DNA of 64,000 nt from Desulfobacterales bacterium (GTDB lineage: Bacteria; Desulfobacterota; Desulfobacteria; Desulfobacterales; UBA2245). This document shows positions 49,344 through 58,248 of the stretch, piece by piece. Made by a program: the position numbers and the translations under genes. The stretch lies in contig JAXGZF010000004.1 in NCBI GenBank assembly GCA_040771865.1, positions 124,001 through 188,000 of the forward strand. The letters run 5' to 3'. The notes beneath the pieces were generated by a model. It was not told the origin of the DNA. It ran no database searches and worked only from the letters and a program-made list of their open reading frames with translations. Each line of letters starts with the position of its first letter. The stretch's first letter is position 1.

Positions 49344-51472
49344 AGCGCGACACCATTTTCTTTGGAGACCCCGGTTTCCTCCTCAGCCAGTGCGACCTTT
49401 CGTTTTCGGGTTACCACGAGACCCACGAGCAACACGGAAAGAATCGGGCAGACCGATGCCATGGAAAGAATGCCGAAGCCCTCTACTACGCCAACCTGGC
49501 CGCCGATGCCAAGCCCCATGGCCAGAACCAGAGGAACGGTTATGGGGCCGGTGGTTACACCCGCACTGTCCCATCCGATATTGACGAACTCTTCGGTCGA
49601 GACCTTTGTGATCAACAGAAGCAGCAGATATGGCGGGCCGAGCATCCACAGTAACGGAATGTTCCATATAATTTTTGCCACACCGAAAGCAATGCCTGCG
49701 CCGACTCCTAGGGCGACGGTCTGCATGAGCAGAGATCTCTTAAACGCGCCCACGGTAAGTTCTTCTACAGTCAATCCCAGTGCGTTCAGGGCCGGTTCGG
49801 CGAGCGTAGCTCCATATCCAAGAAGAAAAGCGAAGAGCAGGACAATCATGATGCCCGACAGGCCGCCTTCAGAGCCGAAAAGCGGCCCGCGTTTCGGCGT
49901 GAAGTTGTATTGCCCGGTTTCGGGGTTGTACTGTTTCTCTTCATATGGAAGCGTCTCAAATCTTCCTTTATATTGAACATAGAAAAATGATTCTTTTTTC
50001 CCATCAGACGTTATCGCCGTCTGAACAATGTTCGGATCGAACTGGTTGATCGTGTTTTTCCGCTCAACCAGTTCGATGGCCTTGAAAGCCGAGGGCACCT
50101 TGCTGCCTACCTGGTTGCCGAGTCTTGACAGGCCGATTTCGATTCCGATGTTGAACAGCATCATACCGAATAAAGCAAAACCCAGACCGAGGAAGACCTC
50201 GTCGGCCCGCGGCAGCCGTTCGTGCAAAAGAAGCGTCAGCACGGCAAGAAAGAAAATGGAAAGCGGTATGATGGCCTGGGCTGCGGCCATGATATTTCGC
50301 AGCATCAGGTCGGCTGGTTTCAAGGGGGTCTCTTTCGGTTCGGAATATTTGGCCGCGGCTTCACATGCCGATCGACGGTCAGGAAAGATATACTCCTGTT
50401 GTTCCGCTGTTCCCTTGAGAATGGCCCAGCTCTCCAGAGAATCTTCCCGCGATCCCATAACCCTGAATCTCAAGTCTGCATTTGACTTCATTATTACAAG
50501 ATAATCCAGCATCTTATCCCGGTTTCCTTCGAAAAGCGCCAGCTGGCTCGATTCCTGCGCGTTCTGAAGTGCATATCCGATCATTTCCTCCCGGTTTTCA
50601 AACAGGGCTTGCGCCTTGTCCCGGTTCTGCAAATTGAAGAACTCCGCTTCATCCATCGGTTGCGGCACTTTTACCAGAAGGGCCGTTCCAAGCAGAAGCA
50701 CGGAGATGATGGGAAACAAGGAAGCCAGAGTGACCACGCCGAATCCCGATGATCCGGATCCCGCAGTGCCGACAATCCGGCAGATGCCTATTCCGAGCGC
50801 CAGAACCAGCGGTACGGTGACCGGGCCCGTTGTCACCGCTCCGCAGTCCCACGCCAGACCGGTTATGTTTTTCAGGTTCTCGTTAAAAAAAGACCAGAAG
50901 GTAAAAAAAACCAGGAATGAGATCAAAATATATATGAAAGGCTTGAGGGACAAGTTGTACATGAACCGTATCATTCCGAACACGACCGCGACCCCCACGC
51001 CCATGCCCACTGATACGACCAGATAGCCTGAATATTTGTTCAGCATGAGAAACAGCAGCGGCGCCTCCCATGGCCTGACGGCGGATCCTGCCGCTTTCAG
51101 CACGCTGATGGCGGGTTCCGCGAAAGTCGCGCCGACCCCGAGTACGAACGCGAAACCCAGTATGACCGCCAGTGTCGACTTTTGAGGCAGTTTCAGGCCA
51201 ATTATCTCGCCCAGCGGCATCAGACCCAGCATCAGACCCTCCATGAAAAATGCGAGCCCTACGATAACTAAAGCGAGACCGGCTGCGATCAAGGTTGCTT
51301 GAGCTATCGCGATGCCGAGCACAACGGTCTGAAAAAATATCAGGTAGATGATGACCAGCGCCACGGCCTTGACCTGTTCGAGCAGGCGCGTTTTTGCATA
51401 GGGATACAGCATGCTCATGCTCTGCCTGAAACCGACCTTGATGCGTCCTCCGGATTGTTGTTGATAGTTCAT
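49340..51472 (-). CDS. Membrane protein with two fused DUF1538 domains
   Basis: Duplicated motifs ATFAEPA/ATLAEPA, WDCGAVTTGPVTVPLVLALG/WDSAGVTTGPITVPLVLAMG and GFG..LAS..PI; GGAGG RBS. Confidence 0.85.
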   Translation of the reverse strand: MNYQQQSGGRIKVGFRQSMSMLYPYAKTRLLEQVKAVALVIIYLIFFQTVVLGIAIAQATLIAAGLALVIVGLAFFMEGLMLGLMPLGEIIGLKLPQKSTLAVILGFAFVLGVGATFAEPAISVLKAAGSAVRPWEAPLLFLMLNKYSGYLVVSVGMGVGVAVVFGMIRFMYNLSLKPFIYILISFLVFFTFWSFFNENLKNITGLAWDCGAVTTGPVTVPLVLALGIGICRIVGTAGSGSSGFGVVTLASLFPIISVLLLGTALLVKVPQPMDEAEFFNLQNRDKAQALFENREEMIGYALQNAQESSQLALFEGNRDKMLDYLVIMKSNADLRFRVMGSREDSLESWAILKGTAEQQEYIFPDRRSACEAAAKYSEPKETPLKPADLMLRNIMAAAQAIIPLSIFFLAVLTLLLHERLPRADEVFLGLGFALFGMMLFNIGIEIGLSRLGNQVGSKVPSAFKAIELVERKNTINQFDPNIVQTAITSDGKKESFFYVQYKGRFETLPYEEKQYNPETGQYNFTPKRGPLFGSEGGLSGIMIVLLFAFLLGYGATLAEPALNALGLTVEELTVGAFKRSLLMQTVALGVGAGIAFGVAKIIWNIPLLWMLGPPYLLLLLITKVSTEEFVNIGWDSAGVTTGPITVPLVLAMGLGIGGQVGVVEGFGILSMASVCPILSVLLVGLVVTRKRKVALAEEETGVSKENGVAL

Positions 51473-51613
51473 GCGTCCTCCGAAATGATTCCGTGAAAGG
51501 GATCCGAGCTTGATCTCCGGGATTCAGTGTACGGCAGAGGGCGGCTCGTTTGTCAAGCAGGAAAATGCAGCTGCCAGTGTAGCCTCATTGGTTTTTTTGG
51601 AATTTGAATCCGA

Positions 51614-51846
51614 CGGGTCGTCGAAAAAGTGTGCATTGGGCGCTGGACGTATTTTTTCGTGAAGACGACAGCAGGGTCGGAAAGGATAATGCCCCGGAAA
51701 ACTTCGCGGTGCTCAGGCATGTTGCCCCGAACATGAAAAAAAGAAACGTCGCTGAAAAAGAGCGTCAAATCCAAACGTCAGAGCCGGGTGGGACAACAAG
51801 TACTTGATGAAAATTTTAAACGGCTGATTTCCAAATGCGGTTCCCG
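51614..51846 (+). mobile_element. ISAs1-family transposase C-terminal remnant (pseudogene)
   Basis: VHWALDVFFREDDSRVGKDNAPENFAVLRH, then after frameshifts SVKSKR..AGWDNKYLMKILNG; degenerate end ATGCGGTTCCCG. Confidence 0.8.
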
Positions 51847-51864
51847 TCGCAACGCGAACCGAAC

Positions 51865-51893
51865 TTGACTTGGCAAAATGGTTTTTCTATAGT
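51865..51893 (+). promoter_or_regulatory. Near-consensus sigma70 promoter for the ferritin-like operon
   Basis: TTGACT-17 bp-TATAGT. Confidence 0.6.
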
Positions 51894-51987
51894 TTAAAAA
51901 ATATTATCCGATTTGTATTTTTGATACGATTCTCGTTCTGAAACAGTTCCAGGGCACTGATTGCATTTGCGTAAGCAAATCTGGACC

Positions 51988-52136
51988 AACAGGGTGTTGA
52001 AAAACAAGAATCAGGCCGTCAGGCAAGGCTTGCGGCGATGCGACAAGCGCAAAACATTCAAGCATATGTGAGCATTGGCGAGGGCCGCGCAACGCTGAAT
52101 GGCGGCCTCAGACGCAGTTTTTCAACAGCCTGCTAA
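51988..52136 (+). mobile_element. 149-bp MITE-like repeat, copy 1
   Basis: Terminal inverted repeats AACAGGGTGTTGAAAAAC / GTTTTTCAACAGCCTGCTAA; near-identical inverted copy at 53904-54052. Confidence 0.8.
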
Positions 52137-52196
52137 CAGGGTCTGCAATAGCAATAGACCTGTGTGCTTTCATCCTACAATTTGCAGGAGGACATC

Positions 52197-53063
52197 ATGG
52201 ATCAACAAAAACTGGCCGAGATGCTGAATCAGGATCTTGCCGACGAGCACGCCGCTATTATCCGCTATCTGGTGCACAGCTATCTGGAAGGGGAAGACAC
52301 GCCGATCGGCGCCGGCCTGCTCTCCCGAGCCAGGGAGGAGATGTGGCACATGCACTGGCTGGGAATGATTCTGGGCCGCATGGGCGTGGAACCGGAACTG
52401 GTCCCGGTGCCTTATCCTTACGACCCGACCAGCCGGGCCACAATCTTTCAATCCTATATCGCTTATGAGCAGAACCTGATTCCCCTTTATCGCAAGCAGG
52501 CCGAAGCCGTCGATGATCCCCATATCAAGCGGGTGTTGCAGCGCGAGGGCTGGGAATCGGCCATGCATGCAGGCAAATTTCAAAAGGTCCTGGACAAACT
52601 GACTCCGGAGCAGGCCGCCGGTCTGCCGGGCGGAGAAAAAGAACTTCCAGATTCGTTCATGGATAAACTTCAAAAACTTGTCGCCGGCAAATACACCCAG
52701 ATGCTTCAGGGGTTGAGAAACGCCTGGATGTTCCAAAAGGACGGACTCCTGGGCTGGAAGATCATGGATTTTTCCATGACCAAGATGAAGCAGCTGGCCC
52801 ATCTTGCGGAGACCGTGGCGGAAAACGGGATTGTTCCGCCGCTGCTGCCGGGAACGATTGATCGGAGCACGGCGGTCGGGAAAGCCCTTCAGCTCGCCCT
52901 CGAAAATATCAAGGCCTCACGTGAGATCCATCTGGCTTTTTCCAGGGAAGCCGAGTTGGAAACACACACAGGGCTTGCGAAGAATGTCAATCTGATCATC
53001 CGGCAGGAAGAGTATGAATTCCAGGAGATCGAAGGCTGGATCCAGTCTGGTTCATCGGAATAA
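52197..53063 (+). CDS. Tandem (two-domain) bacterioferritin/ferritin-like protein
   Basis: Domain 1 has DEHAA, EEMWH, YEQ and ESAMH diiron ligands; domain 2 is degenerate (SMTKMKQL, QEEYE). AGGAGG RBS before ATG 52197. Confidence 0.75.
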   Translation: MDQQKLAEMLNQDLADEHAAIIRYLVHSYLEGEDTPIGAGLLSRAREEMWHMHWLGMILGRMGVEPELVPVPYPYDPTSRATIFQSYIAYEQNLIPLYRKQAEAVDDPHIKRVLQREGWESAMHAGKFQKVLDKLTPEQAAGLPGGEKELPDSFMDKLQKLVAGKYTQMLQGLRNAWMFQKDGLLGWKIMDFSMTKMKQLAHLAETVAENGIVPPLLPGTIDRSTAVGKALQLALENIKASREIHLAFSREAELETHTGLAKNVNLIIRQEEYEFQEIEGWIQSGSSE

Positions 53064-53071
53064 ACAGCCGA

Positions 53072-53884
53072 ATGGATCAATCCGCCTTCGAATTGCCGGA
53101 AATTGTGTCCCGGATTCAGGTCCGTATTCCACTGAACTCGCTTTTGAGCCAGCCGGTGAGTGGATTTATTCAGGCTGGTCTGAATCCTGAAATCGGCCTC
53201 AACGCCCTGGATCTGACCTTGAATTCCTCTGACCGGATAGGAGAGGCGGCGCAGCAATTTCGGAAAGCCGGGCGTCGAATCACTCTGCATGCTCCCTTTA
53301 CGGATCTTTCAGCAGGCTCTTCGGATCCGGCGATCCGCGCCGTAACCCGCCATCGTTTTGCCCAGATACTGCGGCTGCTGCCGGTGCTCAGTCCTGAAAC
53401 AGTGGTGTTCCATACGGGCTACGACTGGCGGCATCACGGATATTTTCGCCGACAATGGCTTGAAAACAGCCTTGAAACATGGATCTGGCTGGCGACTCAG
53501 ATTCGAGACCTCGGAAGCCGTATGATGCTGGAAAACGTCTACGAACAGAATCCCGAAGAGCTGCGTTCCCTTCTGGAACCGCTGGCGCCCTGGGGCGTCG
53601 GGTTCTGTCTGGACACGGGGCATCAGGCGGCCTTCAGCGATGCAACGATGGATCAATGGCTGGATGCCCTTTTGTCCTGTATCGGCCAGGTGCACGTACA
53701 CGACAACCGGGGCCGCAGAGACGAACACCTGGCCCCGGGATGCGGGTGTATTGATTTCAAGGGCCTTTTTGAAAGGCTGGCGCTTCTGAACCGCCGGCCG
53801 GTTGTAACGCTTGAAATCAACAGTGAATCGGATCTATCCGCGAGCCTGGAATATATCGGCAGAATATGGCCCTGGTCTGGATGA
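53072..53884 (+). CDS. Sugar phosphate isomerase/epimerase (xylose isomerase-like TIM barrel)
   Basis: TLHAPF.DL, VFHTG, MLENVYE, CLDTGH, HVHDN.G..DEHL and TLE motifs. Confidence 0.88.
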   Translation: MDQSAFELPEIVSRIQVRIPLNSLLSQPVSGFIQAGLNPEIGLNALDLTLNSSDRIGEAAQQFRKAGRRITLHAPFTDLSAGSSDPAIRAVTRHRFAQILRLLPVLSPETVVFHTGYDWRHHGYFRRQWLENSLETWIWLATQIRDLGSRMMLENVYEQNPEELRSLLEPLAPWGVGFCLDTGHQAAFSDATMDQWLDALLSCIGQVHVHDNRGRRDEHLAPGCGCIDFKGLFERLALLNRRPVVTLEINSESDLSASLEYIGRIWPWSG

Positions 53885-53903
53885 GGCGTCATTTGAATTG
53901 TGT

Positions 53904-54052
53904 TTAGCAGGCTGTTGAAAAACTGCGCCTGAGGCCGCCATTCAGCGTTGCGCGGCTCTCGCCAATGCTCACATATGCTTGAATATGCTGCGCTTGTCGC
54001 ATCGCTGCGCGCCTTGCCTGACGGCCTGATTCTTGTTTTTCAACACCCTGTT
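53904..54052 (-). mobile_element. 149-bp MITE-like repeat, copy 2 (inverted)
   Basis: Reverse complement of 51988-52136 with a few substitutions. Confidence 0.8.
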
Positions 54053-54153
54053 AGAACGGGTTCTGATCTGGTTTCAAGAATATTTGCTCATCTGCGATTG
54101 CCGCACTAGTCGCGGCCCAGGGCTTTGAGAAAAATCACTCCAGGAGTTCCGGC

Positions 54154-55047
54154 ATGTCCAAAACCGATCCCTCGCGTTATGCATTTTTGCCGTCAAGGAC
54201 CGCTCTGAGGTCTTTTGCCTTCAATATCGGGCTGATTTCTGCAGGAAGTCTGGTTTATGTCTGGGGACTGAAAGCCCTGATCATGCCTCAGATGTTTCTG
54301 ACCGGCGGCATCAGTGGCATTGCCGTCCTGATCGTGTATATTTTTCAAAAACTGGATCTGGGCGTCGTTTATTTTCTGCTGAACATCCCCCTGGTTCTTC
54401 TGGGCTGGTTTTTTATCAGCCGCCATTTTATCCTGTATTCGATTTACGGAATGGTTTTTTTCTCCATTATTGCGATGCTGATCCATCCGCCGCCTCTTTC
54501 CATTACGGATCCGATTCTCGGCGCACTTCTGGCCGGAGTGGTCTGCGGCGCCGGCAGCGGCCTGATTCTGCGATCCGTTGGTTCCGCCGGCGGACTGGAT
54601 ATTCTGGCCATTTTTCTGAACAAAAAGTTCGGTTTCCGGCTGGGCATGTTTTCCATAATCGCAAATACCGGCATACTGACGGCCGGCGCTTTTTTCCTGG
54701 ATCTGGAAAAGGCCCTGTATACCATCGTGTTGGTCTATACTGCCGGCCGTGTGATGGATTCGGTGCTGACCGGTTTTAACCGAAAAAAATCCCTGATCGT
54801 CATTTCGGATCAGGCCCAGATCATTGCCGACGCCATTCTTGGACGCAAAAGGGGCAGAGTCACCTTTTTAAAAGGGGAAGGCGCCTTTTCCGGAAAGCCC
54901 AAAAAGGTCATTTTTACCATCATCGCTCTGACCGAGTTGCCGAAAATCAAGGAATTGATTCTGCAGAATGACCCGGAAGCCTTTATTGTGGTTAATGATA
55001 CGCTGGAAGTGCTGGGAAAAGATCAGGGTAGAATGCGGATATTCTAA
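54154..55047 (+). CDS. YitT-family membrane protein (C-terminal DUF2179)
   Basis: GGISGIA, LNIPL, GSAGGLDI, T.L.GEGAFSG and DPEAFI motifs. Confidence 0.9.
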   Translation: MSKTDPSRYAFLPSRTALRSFAFNIGLISAGSLVYVWGLKALIMPQMFLTGGISGIAVLIVYIFQKLDLGVVYFLLNIPLVLLGWFFISRHFILYSIYGMVFFSIIAMLIHPPPLSITDPILGALLAGVVCGAGSGLILRSVGSAGGLDILAIFLNKKFGFRLGMFSIIANTGILTAGAFFLDLEKALYTIVLVYTAGRVMDSVLTGFNRKKSLIVISDQAQIIADAILGRKRGRVTFLKGEGAFSGKPKKVIFTIIALTELPKIKELILQNDPEAFIVVNDTLEVLGKDQGRMRIF

Positions 55048-55074
55048 AATCATTATTTTCGCTCCGGCAATTGT

Positions 55075-56937
55075 TCAGGTCGAATCCAGAGCGCACCGGA
55101 CCTCATCGAAAAAGCGGCTCTGCCGGTGGTACTCGCCCTTCCGATAGTTTGCCCAGCTCAGGTAAAGGTACTTCTCCGCTCGAGTCAGGGCCACGTACAT
55201 CAAGCGCCGTTCCTCCTGAAGTTCCTTGACGGACTCCATGCTGCGCCAGTGCGGGAAAAGCGTTTCCTCGCATCCGGCGATAAATACCGCCTGAAATTCT
55301 AGCCCCTTGCTGGCGTGAACGGTCGAGAGTCGAACGCCGGACCCCGGTTCCGTTTCATCATCGGTGCGATCCTCCTTGAGCAGGGCCGCCTCTTCCAGGT
55401 ATTCGACCAGGCTGTCGCTCTGGGAGGCCGAATAAATCAGCTGATCGATGTTTTCCTTGCGCGCGATAAATCCCGTGGAATCGCCCTTGCAGTACTGACG
55501 CAGGTATTCCAGATAGTCGGTCTGATCCAGGATGCGGCAGACAGCCGCACCCGGCTTCATGGAACGGATCTCTTCCAGAAGCGCCATCAAATCCCTTAAT
55601 GCCTGGTAAAGCTTCTGGGTGAAAATTTTTTCGTGAAGAGCCCGCTCCGTCGCCTCCTGAAGGCTCATATTCACAGAACGCATTCGGGAGATTTTTTCAA
55701 GGGCGCCTGGGCCGATTCCCCGCCTGGGCGTGTTGACAATTCTCTCAAAGGAGGCATCGTCTTTGGGAAAGACAGCCGCCGCGATATAGGCGTTGAGGTC
55801 CAGAATCTCCTTGCGTTCAAAAAAACCTTTTCCGCCGAGCATCTCATACGGAATCTTCATGGAACGAAAGGTTTTTTCAAAGGCCAGTGAGCAGAATTTG
55901 GTCCGGTATAAAACCGCGATCTGGTCCAAATGGATTCCCGAATCCTGCAAGGACCGGATCTTGGCGCCGATCCAGCGGGCTTCCTCCTCCTCGGTGAAAA
56001 ACTCGTGGAGTTCAACAACGCCGCCGCATTTCCGGGAAAAGCAGCTCTTGTCCATCCGGTCGGCATTGTTCTGAATCAGGTCGTTTGCCACTCGAACAAT
56101 CTCGTCGAAAGACCGGTAGTTCTGCTCCAGCCGAAAGATTCTGGCATTCGGGTACTGATCCGAAAAGGCCAGAAAATGGTCCACATTGCTGCCCCGGAAC
56201 GCATAGATCGCCTGCCAGTCGTCGCCTACGCAGAAAAGATTTCCGTCTCTGACCAGAAGCCGGGTCAAAGACTCCTGAATATCGTTGGTGTCCTGGTATT
56301 CGTCGACCAGAATGAACTGAAAGAACCGCCGGTAATACTCCAGAAGGTCTTCGTGATCCCGAAGCAGATTCCGGGTCAGCAGCAGAATGTTGTCAAAATC
56401 CACGGCGTTTCTGGATTTCAGAAGCGCTTCATACCGATTGAAAACATCGATCAGACGAATGCCGCCCACCCGCGGACGCCGGTCAAAATAGGCCAGAGGC
56501 TGCCCCGTGTTTTTGGCGTTGGAGATTTCGGCAGCCACCTCTCCGAGGTATTTTTTGTCCGCGTTGAGTTCCGTGACCAGAATTTCCTTCAGAAGGCTCT
56601 GCTGCTGATAGGAAGCATAGATCTGAACCGGCTGAGCGTAGCCCGCCCTTTCGCAGTGCTGTTTAAAGATTCGAAAACAGGCCGAGTGACAGGTCCGGAC
56701 CCACGGGAAGCGGTTCTGGGGAATTCCTGTTGTTTCCACCAGGCGTTTTTTCATCTCTTCGGCAGCCTTGTTGGTGAAGGTGATGGCCAGAATGCGGTCC
56801 GGCTCATAGCCGTTCTGAAGCAGATGCGTGATCTTGGCGGTCAGGGTGCGGGTTTTTCCCGCGCCTGCGCCGGCAACCACCAGGGTGGGGGATCCGATAT
56901 ATTCAACGGCAGCCCGTTGCTGCGAAGAAAGGGGCAT
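55075..56937 (-). CDS. UvrD/PcrA/Rep-family ATP-dependent DNA helicase
   Basis: AGAGAGKTRTL, TFTNKAA, VDEYQD, GDDWQAIYAFRG, LEQNYRS, HASKGLEF and EERRLMYVALTRA motifs. Confidence 0.95.
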   Translation of the reverse strand: MPLSSQQRAAVEYIGSPTLVVAGAGAGKTRTLTAKITHLLQNGYEPDRILAITFTNKAAEEMKKRLVETTGIPQNRFPWVRTCHSACFRIFKQHCERAGYAQPVQIYASYQQQSLLKEILVTELNADKKYLGEVAAEISNAKNTGQPLAYFDRRPRVGGIRLIDVFNRYEALLKSRNAVDFDNILLLTRNLLRDHEDLLEYYRRFFQFILVDEYQDTNDIQESLTRLLVRDGNLFCVGDDWQAIYAFRGSNVDHFLAFSDQYPNARIFRLEQNYRSFDEIVRVANDLIQNNADRMDKSCFSRKCGGVVELHEFFTEEEEARWIGAKIRSLQDSGIHLDQIAVLYRTKFCSLAFEKTFRSMKIPYEMLGGKGFFERKEILDLNAYIAAAVFPKDDASFERIVNTPRRGIGPGALEKISRMRSVNMSLQEATERALHEKIFTQKLYQALRDLMALLEEIRSMKPGAAVCRILDQTDYLEYLRQYCKGDSTGFIARKENIDQLIYSASQSDSLVEYLEEAALLKEDRTDDETEPGSGVRLSTVHASKGLEFQAVFIAGCEETLFPHWRSMESVKELQEERRLMYVALTRAEKYLYLSWANYRKGEYHRQSRFFDEVRCALDST

Positions 56938-57048
56938 GTCACCGGCCATAAAGATTATATTTGTGTCCAACCCGGTTAAGGTGATTGATGGATGCCTTTG
57001 GCGTTGGTCTATATAGAAAACTGCGCAGGCGGTGTCAAAGCAAAAAAA

Positions 57049-57831
57049 TCACACGCTGACAAAATCCGCCGGATTCAGCTTTCCGGCAATCGCCGCAAGG
57101 GTGAGAACGAAATCATACCGAACCGGATCCTGCGGCGCGATCTTACGAAATGTTTCGGTTACTTCGAGGACGGTCCGGACATCGGCCTGTCTGCGCGAGG
57201 TCATGCCCGTTTCCAGCCCGAACCGGTGCATGTGAGTATCCAGCGGAATCAACAGCCTGGACGGAGGTACGGCATCCCAGCCTCCAGGGTCTACGGCATC
57301 CTTTCTCACCATCCACCTCAAATAAAGATTCAACCGCTTGCAGGCGCTTTTTTTGCCCGGAACCGGAATCAGGTGACCCGGATTCATACCTGCGCAGAAA
57401 GCCGTTATTTTTTCGGAGAATGCCTGCAATCCATTCCAGACCGTGACATGCTCCATATGGAATCCTTCCAGAAAACAGGCCTGCAGGGAGCCGTGAGTTT
57501 TAATTGCGCGCTGAATGCCCGCCATCAATGCGCAGATATGCGCGTCCGAGGCAAAGCGATGCACGAATCCCGCAAAATCGGCCTCAATGGATTTCAGCCC
57601 GGTATTTTCAATATAGCGCCGCGGACTTTTCCCCATAACCTCCAGAACACGGGATATGCTTTTTCGAATCTGCGCCACACGGCCATAAGCCAGGGAAGAA
57701 GCCACCAGCCCGGCGATTTCCCTGTCGGCCGGATGATGGTACCGGTATAGAAATTCAATCGGATCCGAACAGGCAAACCTTCTGTGATTATATGCCTGGT
57801 AAAGTGTCTCGAGTTTGTCGGAATCGATCAT
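57049..57831 (-). CDS. TIGR02757/DUF2400-family protein (HhH-like)
   Basis: DPIEF, LAYG, SACKRLNLYLRWMVR, PLDTH and DPVRYDF motifs. Confidence 0.88.
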   Translation of the reverse strand: MIDSDKLETLYQAYNHRRFACSDPIEFLYRYHHPADREIAGLVASSLAYGRVAQIRKSISRVLEVMGKSPRRYIENTGLKSIEADFAGFVHRFASDAHICALMAGIQRAIKTHGSLQACFLEGFHMEHVTVWNGLQAFSEKITAFCAGMNPGHLIPVPGKKSACKRLNLYLRWMVRKDAVDPGGWDAVPPSRLLIPLDTHMHRFGLETGMTSRRQADVRTVLEVTETFRKIAPQDPVRYDFVLTLAAIAGKLNPADFVSV

Positions 57832-57948
57832 GCGGCAAGTCTTGTGCGACGGCGAGCAATTGTTCTGAATTGTTGAATCGAAAACATGCTTTGAAATGAA
57901 ATCGGAGATTGTTGGTCACTTAATCCATCTTTGAAAAACATTACTGGA

Positions 57949-58248
57949 TTAGAGCGAATGGCGCTGCATCTCATCTTCTTCAAACAACCGTTTCCAGTGG
58001 CGTTCAAAGATCAGCAACGAGTACAGCAGGCCCTCGAGCCGAAGGTCGATTTCGGTAGTGGCAAATCCAAAACGCTTTCCATAAAGTCTGGATTCAAATG
58101 CGCGGATTTCATTGACCAGTTCGACATACGCGGGATAAGGATACCGCTGCCGGTCTGACAGGTACAAGCGAACCCTGCAATCCATGTCGAGAATCTTTTT
58201 TTTATAATCTTGTAATTTATTGATGATGTCCTGGGGATCGGAAAGCAT
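57949..58248 (-). CDS. Small helical hypothetical protein
   Basis: 99-aa ORF in the same orientation as its neighbours, with amphipathic helices. Start uncertain. Confidence 0.55.
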   Translation of the reverse strand: MLSDPQDIINKLQDYKKKILDMDCRVRLYLSDRQRYPYPAYVELVNEIRAFESRLYGKRFGFATTEIDLRLEGLLYSLLIFERHWKRLFEEDEMQRHSL

